Below are positions 1 to 9,046 of a stretch of 39,469 nucleotides of DNA, piece by piece. The translations under genes were made by a program, and so were the position numbers. This DNA is from Candidatus Zixiibacteriota bacterium (lineage in GTDB: Bacteria; UBP14; UBA6098). The number at the start of each line of letters is the position of its first letter. The stretch's first letter is position 1. Under the pieces are notes generated by a model. The model searched no databases and was not told the DNA's origin. It worked only from the letters and a program-made list of their open reading frames with translations. Location of the stretch: contig DSAF01000089.1 of NCBI GenBank assembly GCA_011388305.1, positions 1-39,469 on the forward strand, written 5' to 3'.

Positions 1-4
1 CGCT

Positions 5-3000
5 ATGACTAATCGCTCTTATTTCGTCACACTTCTTTTAATCTTGCTCTCCGCTATTGCGCTGGCGCAACCGTTTGTCATCGACGGTGCTACTGTCGTT
101 GGCAAAGGCGGACGGAGCCAAACGTTCATCCCTGCGAACCGCGCCCGCCCCGGCGACTCGTTCGAGGACTGGTGGTATGACGACGAGGTCAACTGCATCC
201 GAAGAACCGGTTGCGTCGATATCGTTTTCGTCATGGACACCTCTGGAAGCATGTCCAGCGCGATTAGCTCCCTTCAGGACGAGATATACCGCTTCGCCTA
301 TGATCTCCATGTTATGGGCTTCGAGGCGGGATTCGGTTATGTCACATATTGCGAAACGGTGAATTTCCCTCACGGAAGCACGTTTATCACCGATATTGAT
401 GTATTCGCTGGTATCCTCTCCGGATCGAGAGCCGGTGCTGGAGCGCTCGAGGCTACAACCGACGGTCTTTATTACGCCGTCCGAGATTTCAACTGGCGCG
501 ACGGATGCGAACAAGTTGCCATTGTTATTACAGATGAGTGTGACGACGACAGCGAAAGGACTCCGGGAGAAACTCTCGCACTGCTGGCTGATTGGGGTGG
601 GACAGTTTACTTCATGAGCGCTGACTGCAGGGATGTCACCATTTATCGACAATACGTTGATGCCACGGGCGGTATATGGTTTAATTACTTCGAATCCGAT
701 CTTTCCGAAATTTTCGATTTCGTAATCGACGAGATAGCAGAGGTCGAAGAGATCAATGTAACGATTACCAATACATCAGGCGGCACACTGGATTTAATTA
801 CCGCCGAGATTATCCCCGATTTCTGCCTCATGGTAGGCGATTCCCCGAACCCCGTCAGCCACGGCCCCATTTCCAGCGGAGCGAGCCACATGTTCGCATG
901 GGACATCGAGGAGGTTCCCGCATGTTTCGGCTGGGGCGATTGCTTTATGATTCGCGTCACTTCCGGTAGCTATGCTGACTCGATTGTAGGTTGCGTCTGG
1001 GTTGAAGACTGCGGATGCCCCGGCCCGGAGGCTTGGGTCATCTGCCCCGAGGCGAGGGGCAACTGGACAGCCTGCCACGACCAGTATTTCGAAATTCAAT
1101 ACGAAGGATATTTGGGGGTCAATCCAAATACCCTTTGCATACGAGTTGATGGCGTGGAGCATTGCTATCCGTCATCATCGAACCTCACTTGGTATCCCGG
1201 AGGGCGCGGCGGAGTTTTGCGATTTACGCCCTCGCCGCCGGGATGGAGCCATCTGCAGACCGTTCGCATGGAAACCGTCAGCGGCCTTGATGTGACAGAC
1301 TGCCCACAGCTCTTTCACCCATTTTCCGACTTCAAGACAGACTTGCGGCCACCTAAGCCAGTTTGGTGGGAGCACTTCCCCGCAACATGGTTACCGCCGA
1401 GGCCTGCAAGAAGAGAGGTTCGCGATGGAGCGGTTTCATTCTATCCACCCTGCGGAAGCACGCTCGACTCTACTGATCACATAATAATATCCGCATTGTT
1501 ATACGACGATGGTGCTGGACTTACTCCGCTTGATGACATTCTTCGGGATGTTGATCTTTCCTTAATCGAAGAGCTCGATTTTATAGGCATTTGGGAAGGA
1601 TTGACCTCCGTTCGTGTGACAGTTAATGATATACCTTTTATTCCGGGTGTGCCATACCCCGGCCATTTCAGCCGAACCGTCGATCTTGACATAACGACAT
1701 ATTTGCTTAATCCTTCCAGTTGGTTCGGCGGCTGGGAAGTTGCATGCACCATTCGCGCCGATACTGCCAGCATCTTGGGGTTGGCTTTCCTCTTCGGTGG
1801 TGAGATAGAAATTTGCCTTCATGCGCATGACATGGTTCGTGCATCCGGCTGTATGCCCTGCACGAACGACACTTCATGGTGTTGCACATATTACATCGCC
1901 GGCTCGATTCCATTGGTGGCCAACGCCGGGCCGGATCAATACATCTGCACCGGTTCCTCAGTGGTTATCGGCGGAACTCCCGCGGCGGGCGGAGGCACCG
2001 AGCCATATAGCTACTCATGGTCGCCGACTACAGGGCTTTCCAACCCAAATATTGCAAATCCCACGGCATCTCCCACCGTCACAACGACATATACTTTGAC
2101 TGTCACCGATGGAGACAGCGAAACAGCAACCGACGATATGACCGTCTATGTCTCCAACCCAACTGCGAATGCCGGACGCGATACGACTTTCTGTCCGGGC
2201 GGGTATGTCCAGCTCGGCGGAAGCCCGACGGCATCCGGCGGATTTGCGCCATACACTTATTCATGGTCGCCGACGACCGGCCTATCTTCCCCAACAACCG
2301 CCAATCCGATGTTCACAAGCGGCTGGGTGACCTCCGACACGACGATTACATTCACTGTGACCGTCACGGACACGCTTGGTTGCATTGCCACGGATGAAGT
2401 GACTGTTACGGTCTCGCGCATCGAGGTCGATGCAGGCGAGGACAGGCGAATTTGCGTCGGTGATGTCGTGACGCTTGGCGGCTCTCCGACCGCGGAGGGC
2501 GGCGTTCCGCCGTATAATTACTCGTGGACGGCGACGCCTCCGGGAGCGGTCTTCAGCACTGAGGCCAATCCGGTGGTGACGCCTGCTGATACTACGCTCT
2601 ATGTTGTCATGGTCACCGGCGGCGACCCGTCGTGCACGTCTTATGACTCTGTCTGGGTCTATCCCGTCGAACCCGTCGCCGATGCCGGACGCGATACCAT
2701 CGTTTGCGGCGGCGAGGAACTCATTCTCGGCGGAGATCCTACCGCAAGCGGAGGCATTCCGCCATATACTTATTACTGGACATCGATTCCTCCGGCGTTC
2801 ACATCGACGGTGCCGAACCCCAGTATCAGTCCGAATAATCCTATACATTATGTTGTGCAGGTCATCGACTCGCTGGGTTGCGAGGCTTGGGACACTGTGT
2901 TCGTTGATGTTGCGGGAACGCCATTCGGGAGAGTGGTTCGCCCCTTCCCATGCGGTGGAATCTCATCTTGCGAGTATCAGGAAATCATCTGGATTGTCAC

Positions 3001-6000
3001 CGATACCACATCGGCATTGGAAGTTGCTACGCTCGAACTTCTCGTCGATGGCACGCCATATTTTTATGCTTCCCCCGAAGTCGATGTCTTCGAGATGGAC
3101 GACTCGATTCGCGTGACATTCACACCGTCGCTTCCGTGGATGCACGGTAGCACGATCGTTTTCGAGCTGGTTCGCATTGAAAACGCCGCAGGTTGCGCGG
3201 GCTATGTCGAAGTTTGCGAATTCATCGTCGATATTCATCCGCCACTGCCCGACCCGCCGGTTCCGCCGGATGGCAGTGTGCTCTATTCTGCGCCGGACTC
3301 GGTGGGCGTGTTCATCGCCGACGAGCCTGCAGGCGTCGATGTGGAGAGCTTCGACCACATTACCGTGATGGTCAACGGCATACCTGCCGTCGGATGGACG
3401 ACTCTCTGGGACGGCTCATATCTCTCGTTCGTGGGACTCGACATAGAGAGCGGCGACAGCGTGCTTGTCTGCCTCGATAATCTCTATGACGCGCCGACAT
3501 ACGATTACTGCCCGCCGAACGACACGAGCTTTTGCTGGTGGTTCATGGTTCTGCCTTGCGACTTGGATGTGGCGGCGTATCCGGACACCTTCCTCTGCGG
3601 CGGCGGCGTTGTTCCGCTGGTCGTGGATGCCGAAGGCGGAAGCGGATTTATCAGCTACTCATGGACGCCGACCGACGGCCTCGACGACCCGACAAGCCCC
3701 ACCCCCACTGCGCTTGTGGATTCATCGATTAACTACACGGTGAGGGTGACAGACGACTCGCTGGACTGCTATGTCACGGACGTTGTGAGGATTGTCGTGT
3801 CAAATCCCGTCGCTCATGCGGGCGATGACGGCCTCGTTTGCCCGTTCGCCGAGATTCCGCTTGGCGATATACCGACGGCGACCGGCGGATTCGAGCCGTA
3901 TGTGTTCGAGTGGTTAGATTTGGGCGGAACGCTCCTGTATTCCGAGGCCAACCCGATTCACGCTTTCGGCGATGTCGGCGAGACCTTCGTGCTTCGCGTA
4001 GTAGATTCGCTTGGTTGCGAGGCATGGGACACGGTGACGTTCACCATAGAATACGAATCCCCCCTTGCTATTGACTTAATCGCCCCGACGCCCGACGATA
4101 CACTGCTTGTGGGCGAGACGACTTTCGAGTGGGCGCCCGATCCGGCTCACGCAGACATGATATACGACTTTATTTTCGACGGGACTGTGCTCTTCTCCGG
4201 CATCGATTCTACGCACGTGACAATCGAATTCCCCTGCGGAGAGACGCACGAGTGGATGGTAGTAGGGGTTACCGAGTGCATCGAGGCGCATTATTCTGCG
4301 GGCGAGACGACATGGACGACGTTCGCAGACACGCTCTATTCCGAGGAATGGATTTTCCATACAGAGGACTGCACCGAGCCTCACGCGATTGCGGTTCACG
4401 TCCCGAACGGCGACTGGACGGCATGTGATCCGGATTCGATAATTGCATTCATTATTGACACCACCGAAATTGTCGAGTCATCGATTGTGATGGCCGTCAA
4501 CGGCGTTTCCTATCGGACTTCCGACCCGCAACTCGAGTGGGACGGGGATTCGACGCTGGTCTTCCGCCCCGCAACCATGTGGGCGGATGGCGAGGTCATC
4601 TCCGTATGCGTGGACAGCGCGGTCAACATCGACGATATTCCGCTTGTGGCCCCTGTTTGCTGGGAGTTCTACATCGACCGCAGTGCCCCGATTGTCGTAA
4701 GTGCAGTCCCCGCCCCCGGCTCGGAGATTTCCCCGATGATGGACAATATCACAATTTGCGTCCGCGACGAGCTATCCGGCCTCGATTCGGTTTATATCGA
4801 GGTCTATGGCGATTCTTATACCTTCGGGCCTTTCGCTTGCGTCGATACTGTCGTTTGTTTCGACATTGCGCTCGAAACGCCGCTCCCGCCCGGAGATACC
4901 ATCGATGTTGCAATCACGCGAATGACAGATTGCCCGGATTGGTGCGGCCCGAATGTAGGCGACAGTGCTTGGGTGCTTATTGTCAGCGACTGCGAGCTTA
5001 TCGTGTCCGCAAGGCCGGACACCAATCTCTGCGCACCGGATTCGGTGAACTTCGATGCGATAGTCTCCCACGGCACCGGCGCTTATTCGTTCCATTGGTT
5101 CCCCGAGGCGATATTCGCCGACCCGTTCGCGCAGAACCCCACTGGATGGGTGAGCGCGAGCGGATGGGTGCGAGTGGAGGTCACGGATGACTCCTCGTGG
5201 TGCGTCGCGCAGGACTCGGTTCGCATTGTTGTGAGCGAGCTTGCGATCAACGCCGGCGAGGATGGCAGAGTTTGCCCCGGCGCGATATTGACGCTCGGTT
5301 GCGCCCCCACCGCAAGCGGTGGAATCGAGCCGTATTCGTATAGTTGGCGCGTCCTCGGCGGTGCGGAGTTCAGCACTTTGCCGAACCCGGATTGGACCTT
5401 CGGATCGTCGAGCGTGTCGATAATCCTCACCGTGACGGATGCAATCGGTTGCGTCGCCGTCGATACGGTGAACTTCACCGTGGACTATGAGCCGATTACG
5501 GGAATCAACCTCATCGAGCCTTTGGCGGATGCCGAAGAATCCCCCGGCGAAGTTCTTTTCCGCTGGGCGCCGGTTCCCGCAGGGGCGATTGCGACATACG
5601 AGTTCTACGTCGATGGCGTGCTGATTTCCACACAGGACTCGACGAGATACGCAATGGAATTCCCCTGCGGCGAGGCGCACGACTGGCAGATCACCGGATA
5701 CACCGACTGCATCGAGAGCTTCGTCTATTGCGGCGTGGAATTCGCGAGCGAGGCCTTCGATACGGCGGAATCCGCGATTCGCCCGTTCACGACATCGCCG
5801 TGCGGCGTGCCGAGCGCTTCATATCGCCATGTCCCGACCGGCGATTGGACGGCCTGCGATCCGGACTCGATTGTGTGGCGCATAGTCGATACGGTGGGCA
5901 TCGACCCGACGAGCATCGTCGTCCGTGTGAACGGCACTCGATACACGACGGCGGATGCGGAGCTTACGTTCATGCCCGCCATTCCGACATCGAGGCTCCG

Positions 6001-8029
6001 TTTCGATCCGTCCCCCATGTGGCCGAGCGGCACGACTGTGAACGCCTGCCTCGACTCTTTGATGAACCTCGACTCGATATGGCTTCCCGCGCCGGTTTGC
6101 GGCGAGTTCTATGTCGATCTCGATCCGCCGGTGGTATGGGGAATCGCCCCGGCTCCCGGCTCGATGGTCATCGCGGCGAGCTGGACATCGCTCGATTTCA
6201 AAATCTACGACTATCTTTCAGGGCTTGATGGGTCCTCGGTGGAAATTGAAATCAATAGTAATATATACACGCTGTCAAGTCCCGATGTCACTTGGGACGG
6301 AGATTCGCTCGTCTTGGTGGACATCACCGGCTTGGGTATTGACTGCGACGAGACGATAGTGATTTCTATCGGCGCGGGCGACTCGCCGGACTGGTGCGGG
6401 CCGAATTGGTTCGCGGACACATTCACGATATTCACCGCGCCATGCGGACTCACGCCAAATATCGTCGAGCCTTTGCCAAACACGATTTCCGCTTGCGACG
6501 ACCAGTCAATTATCATGACGATTGTCCCAGTGGGCGAGCTTTGCCCGATAGACGCCAGCTCGATAGTCCTCCGCGTAGAGGGTGTCGATTACACCGTCGC
6601 CGATGGCGAGTTGGACTGGTCGCCGGACACACTGCTCTTCACGCCGTCAACTCTCTGGAATCACGGCGACACGGTGAATGTTTGCCTTATGGCGGTGGAT
6701 GACGAGTGCGGCGCGGAGCTTCCGTCGCCCGTGTGCTGGGAGTTCTTCGTGGACCTTCAAGCGCCGGTTCGCACCGCTATCGACCCGCCGTGCGGAAGGC
6801 CTTTGATCCCCGGGATGAACGACCATTGGACAATCACGTTGACAGACGACGTCGCGGGGATTCTTCCCGGCGCTACGAGCATCACGCTCGACGGCGTCTC
6901 CTGCCCGATTGACGGCCCGGAAGATATTCGCGAACGGGTATTCACTTTCGAGTGGAATCCCTCGGACTGCGGAATCACGCTGACGCCGGGAGATACAATC
7001 GAGCTGTGCATATTAACATCGGACGGCCCGATGGATTACTGCGAGCCTTTCGATACGATGTTCTGTTGCTACTATCCGATAATCGATACCGGTGGGCCGG
7101 TGGCTACAATCGTTCGGGTTCGTCCGGATTCTATATCGGCGTGCGATCCGGAGTCGATAATCGTCGAGCTGACTTCGGCTTATCCTATAGTCGAACCGAC
7201 TATCGTGCTTAATGTTGACGGGACTTCATACACGACGGCAAGCCCGCGCCTCGAGTGGCTCGACCCGTTCCTCGTCTATCACCCGGACCCCGATTGGAAT
7301 CCTCACGACACGGTTCACGCGACGGTTGTCTCCGCCGAAGATATTTTCGGCAACCCTTGCGTCAACGCGCCTCTGTCTTGGACGTTCTATATCGACAGGG
7401 TGCCGCCTATGAGCGACATGATTGAGCCGCCCCCGGGGGCATATACGCGCAACATAAGGCAGGAGATCCTTCTCGATGTTGACGATGAACTGGCCGGAGT
7501 AAATCCTAACACGCTCGTTCTCGTAATTGACGGGGTGACATATTATTACGGCGATTTCGAGTGGTCGGGCGAAGGGCTTGGCGGCATCATTCGCTGGATT
7601 CCGGATGCTCATGGCATCGAGTTCAACGCGGGAGACACGGTATTCGTTTCGCTGACGGTCGAGGATTCGCCGGATTATTGCGGCCCGAATATCCATATCG
7701 CGGATTACATGTTCGTGGTCGAACCGGCGACGCCATGCCTTGTGGTGCCTAACCCGTTCACGCCGGACGGCGACAATATCAACGAGATAGCGATATTCGA
7801 CTGGCCAAATATGACCACCGAGGGCGCAACGATTTACATCTTCACGATTCGGAACGTGCCGGTGAGGAAATTCGATGTTCCTGCGCAGGAGGACTACTTC
7901 GATGTCGTGAGCAGGGCATGGGACGGCAGAGACGACGACGGGAAACTCATGCCGCAGGGCTTGTATCTGTATCTCATCGAGTCGGACGGCAGAATTGTCT
8001 GTAATGGGACGATTACGCTCCTTCGATAG
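5..8029 (+). CDS. Giant secreted multi-domain surface protein (2674 aa): signal peptide, vWA domain, Cys-bracketed Ig/PKD-like repeats, Big_5-like Ig modules, CHU_C/T9SS type-B-like C-terminal domain
   Basis: Single uninterrupted ORF. The N-terminus MTNRSYFVTLLLILLSAIALA|QP looks like a signal peptide. A MIDAS motif DIVFVMDTSGSMSS plus VAIVITDECDDD (aa ~70-245) indicates vWA. Repeated modules are described under findings. The C-terminal ~95 aa match CHU_C landmarks. Confidence 0.85.
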   Translation: MTNRSYFVTLLLILLSAIALAQPFVIDGATVVGKGGRSQTFIPANRARPGDSFEDWWYDDEVNCIRRTGCVDIVFVMDTSGSMSSAISSLQDEIYRFAYDLHVMGFEAGFGYVTYCETVNFPHGSTFITDIDVFAGILSGSRAGAGALEATTDGLYYAVRDFNWRDGCEQVAIVITDECDDDSERTPGETLALLADWGGTVYFMSADCRDVTIYRQYVDATGGIWFNYFESDLSEIFDFVIDEIAEVEEINVTITNTSGGTLDLITAEIIPDFCLMVGDSPNPVSHGPISSGASHMFAWDIEEVPACFGWGDCFMIRVTSGSYADSIVGCVWVEDCGCPGPEAWVICPEARGNWTACHDQYFEIQYEGYLGVNPNTLCIRVDGVEHCYPSSSNLTWYPGGRGGVLRFTPSPPGWSHLQTVRMETVSGLDVTDCPQLFHPFSDFKTDLRPPKPVWWEHFPATWLPPRPARREVRDGAVSFYPPCGSTLDSTDHIIISALLYDDGAGLTPLDDILRDVDLSLIEELDFIGIWEGLTSVRVTVNDIPFIPGVPYPGHFSRTVDLDITTYLLNPSSWFGGWEVACTIRADTASILGLAFLFGGEIEICLHAHDMVRASGCMPCTNDTSWCCTYYIAGSIPLVANAGPDQYICTGSSVVIGGTPAAGGGTEPYSYSWSPTTGLSNPNIANPTASPTVTTTYTLTVTDGDSETATDDMTVYVSNPTANAGRDTTFCPGGYVQLGGSPTASGGFAPYTYSWSPTTGLSSPTTANPMFTSGWVTSDTTITFTVTVTDTLGCIATDEVTVTVSRIEVDAGEDRRICVGDVVTLGGSPTAEGGVPPYNYSWTATPPGAVFSTEANPVVTPADTTLYVVMVTGGDPSCTSYDSVWVYPVEPVADAGRDTIVCGGEELILGGDPTASGGIPPYTYYWTSIPPAFTSTVPNPSISPNNPIHYVVQVIDSLGCEAWDTVFVDVAGTPFGRVVRPFPCGGISSCEYQEIIWIVTDTTSALEVATLELLVDGTPYFYASPEVDVFEMDDSIRVTFTPSLPWMHGSTIVFELVRIENAAGCAGYVEVCEFIVDIHPPLPDPPVPPDGSVLYSAPDSVGVFIADEPAGVDVESFDHITVMVNGIPAVGWTTLWDGSYLSFVGLDIESGDSVLVCLDNLYDAPTYDYCPPNDTSFCWWFMVLPCDLDVAAYPDTFLCGGGVVPLVVDAEGGSGFISYSWTPTDGLDDPTSPTPTALVDSSINYTVRVTDDSLDCYVTDVVRIVVSNPVAHAGDDGLVCPFAEIPLGDIPTATGGFEPYVFEWLDLGGTLLYSEANPIHAFGDVGETFVLRVVDSLGCEAWDTVTFTIEYESPLAIDLIAPTPDDTLLVGETTFEWAPDPAHADMIYDFIFDGTVLFSGIDSTHVTIEFPCGETHEWMVVGVTECIEAHYSAGETTWTTFADTLYSEEWIFHTEDCTEPHAIAVHVPNGDWTACDPDSIIAFIIDTTEIVESSIVMAVNGVSYRTSDPQLEWDGDSTLVFRPATMWADGEVISVCVDSAVNIDDIPLVAPVCWEFYIDRSAPIVVSAVPAPGSEISPMMDNITICVRDELSGLDSVYIEVYGDSYTFGPFACVDTVVCFDIALETPLPPGDTIDVAITRMTDCPDWCGPNVGDSAWVLIVSDCELIVSARPDTNLCAPDSVNFDAIVSHGTGAYSFHWFPEAIFADPFAQNPTGWVSASGWVRVEVTDDSSWCVAQDSVRIVVSELAINAGEDGRVCPGAILTLGCAPTASGGIEPYSYSWRVLGGAEFSTLPNPDWTFGSSSVSIILTVTDAIGCVAVDTVNFTVDYEPITGINLIEPLADAEESPGEVLFRWAPVPAGAIATYEFYVDGVLISTQDSTRYAMEFPCGEAHDWQITGYTDCIESFVYCGVEFASEAFDTAESAIRPFTTSPCGVPSASYRHVPTGDWTACDPDSIVWRIVDTVGIDPTSIVVRVNGTRYTTADAELTFMPAIPTSRLRFDPSPMWPSGTTVNACLDSLMNLDSIWLPAPVCGEFYVDLDPPVVWGIAPAPGSMVIAASWTSLDFKIYDYLSGLDGSSVEIEINSNIYTLSSPDVTWDGDSLVLVDITGLGIDCDETIVISIGAGDSPDWCGPNWFADTFTIFTAPCGLTPNIVEPLPNTISACDDQSIIMTIVPVGELCPIDASSIVLRVEGVDYTVADGELDWSPDTLLFTPSTLWNHGDTVNVCLMAVDDECGAELPSPVCWEFFVDLQAPVRTAIDPPCGRPLIPGMNDHWTITLTDDVAGILPGATSITLDGVSCPIDGPEDIRERVFTFEWNPSDCGITLTPGDTIELCILTSDGPMDYCEPFDTMFCCYYPIIDTGGPVATIVRVRPDSISACDPESIIVELTSAYPIVEPTIVLNVDGTSYTTASPRLEWLDPFLVYHPDPDWNPHDTVHATVVSAEDIFGNPCVNAPLSWTFYIDRVPPMSDMIEPPPGAYTRNIRQEILLDVDDELAGVNPNTLVLVIDGVTYYYGDFEWSGEGLGGIIRWIPDAHGIEFNAGDTVFVSLTVEDSPDYCGPNIHIADYMFVVEPATPCLVVPNPFTPDGDNINEIAIFDWPNMTTEGATIYIFTIRNVPVRKFDVPAQEDYFDVVSRAWDGRDDDGKLMPQGLYLYLIESDGRIVCNGTITLLR
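1916..2911 (+). repeat. Four tandem ~80-aa Cys-bracketed repeats (protein-level) inside the giant gene
   Basis: By my manual count the repeats span aa 638-717, 718-804, 805-888 and 889-969. Each carries [AD]AGxDxxxCxGxxxxLGGxPTAxGGxxPYxYxW ... NP ... Y ... V.D..GC...D.V.V. Confidence 0.8.
3554..6442 (+). repeat. Tandem duplication of a ~480-aa multi-domain super-repeat (unit A 3554..4987, unit B 4988..6442), diverged at protein level
   Basis: aa ~1184-1661 and ~1662-2146 are collinear. Each unit has two Cys-bracketed repeats, then a FEWAP/FRWAP...EFPCGE.H.W...CIE module, then a WTACDPDSI...VNG..Y module, then APAPGS...SGLD...DSPDWCGPN. Confidence 0.75.
7736..8026 (+). other. C-terminal sorting-type domain (CHU_C / T9SS type B-like, possibly FlgD-Ig-like) of the giant protein
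   Basis: The sequence VVPNPFTPDGDNINEIAIF...IYIFTIRNVPV...WDGRDDDGKLMPQGLYLYLIE...GTITLLR ends exactly at the stop codon. Its landmarks (PN.FTP.GD.IN, WDG..G...P.G.Y.Y, G.i.l.R at the terminus) match my recollection of PF13585/TIGR04131. Confidence 0.6.
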
Positions 8030-8068
8030 GCATTGCATTATGGACCAAACGATTTGCGATTGATGATC

Positions 8069-8097
8069 GAGGGTGGGGATTTGAAGTCCCCGCCCTC
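8069..8097 (+). terminator. Hairpin terminator downstream of the giant gene
   Basis: gagggtgggga (8069-8079) pairs with tccccgccctc (8087-8097): 11 bp with one G-U pair and a 7-nt loop. It is followed by T-rich ttgaatttgatcttg, not a clean U-run. Confidence 0.5.
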
Positions 8098-8159
8098 TTG
8101 AATTTGATCTTGATGGATGTCATCTCATCTAAACTTGAACTCCTCAATCTGCAATCGTC

Positions 8160-8188
8160 TTGACTTATATGTTCGAATTTCGTAATTT
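8160..8188 (+). promoter_or_regulatory. Candidate sigma-70 promoter for coaX operon
   Basis: TTGACT (8160-8165), a 17-nt spacer, then TAATTT (8183-8188). An imperfect inverted repeat gaatttcg...cgaaatt overlaps the -10 region. Confidence 0.3.
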
Positions 8189-8260
8189 ATTCGAAATTTT
8201 TCGGCGAGGGCGATTATTTGCGCTCACGCTGAAGTAATAACCTCACACACAGAGGTTGAC

Positions 8261-9046
8261 ATGGCGATATTGGCTATAGACATAGGCAACAGGCGCGCGA
8301 AACTCGCGATAGTCTCAGTCGAGGACGAGATTGTGCATAGGTTGCATTTCCCGACAGCGGAGATTTCCGCTAACGCCGATAGAATCAAGAATATAGCTAA
8401 CGACTCTCGGCTCGCGGGCATAGCAATCGGATCGAGTGTCCCATCTGCGACGCAGGAATTACGCCGGATTCTCGAAGATTATAAGTCGCTCATAGTTACC
8501 GGCGATACGCCCACTCAATTATCCGTCGAATACGAGCCGAAGTCCGAGCTGGGCGCGGACAGGCTGTCAGCCGCAGTTGGGGCTTTTCATGTCTATGGCA
8601 AAGCCCTCAAACGCAACATTCTTGTCGTGGATGCCGGCACCGCCGTGACTGCGGATTTGGTCAGCGAGGGCGGCGTTTTCCTCGGAGGGGCGATTTTCCC
8701 CGGGGACATCATCGCGTTCAGTAGCCTCGCGGAAAACACAGCGCTACTCAAGAACATCGAATTCCGCCCCGTCGATACGCTAATTGGAATGTGCACGGAG
8801 GATTGCATGCTGGTGGGCGTTCGTGCGGCAATCGTGGGCACAATCGAGCATCTTTACAAGCGTTACGGCGACATCCACGGCGAGCATCCGTTCATGCTCC
8901 TCACCGGCGCATCCGCCGCGTGGATAGCCCCCGAGCTATCCGTGCCTCACATGGTCGATCCGGACATAGTTCTCATCGGCCTTTCAGCAATTTGGACCTT
9001 CAATCATGGAAATAGTGTAAATGTCAAAACTCCCAGAACTGTTTGA
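8261..9046 (+). CDS. coaX: Type III pantothenate kinase
   Basis: 261 aa. It has the N-terminal LAIDIGNRRAKLAIV and a later VVDAGTAVTADLV, actin-fold phosphate motifs typical of CoaX. The length is typical. Confidence 0.85.
   Translation: MAILAIDIGNRRAKLAIVSVEDEIVHRLHFPTAEISANADRIKNIANDSRLAGIAIGSSVPSATQELRRILEDYKSLIVTGDTPTQLSVEYEPKSELGADRLSAAVGAFHVYGKALKRNILVVDAGTAVTADLVSEGGVFLGGAIFPGDIIAFSSLAENTALLKNIEFRPVDTLIGMCTEDCMLVGVRAAIVGTIEHLYKRYGDIHGEHPFMLLTGASAAWIAPELSVPHMVDPDIVLIGLSAIWTFNHGNSVNVKTPRTV

Noticed and set aside
5-8029. Giant gene as a diversity-generating retroelement target or a contingency locus
   Set aside because: There is no reverse transcriptase gene. I saw no near-identical template/variable DNA repeat pair by eye and no homopolymer or short tandem DNA repeats. 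The internal repeats are diverged at the DNA level.
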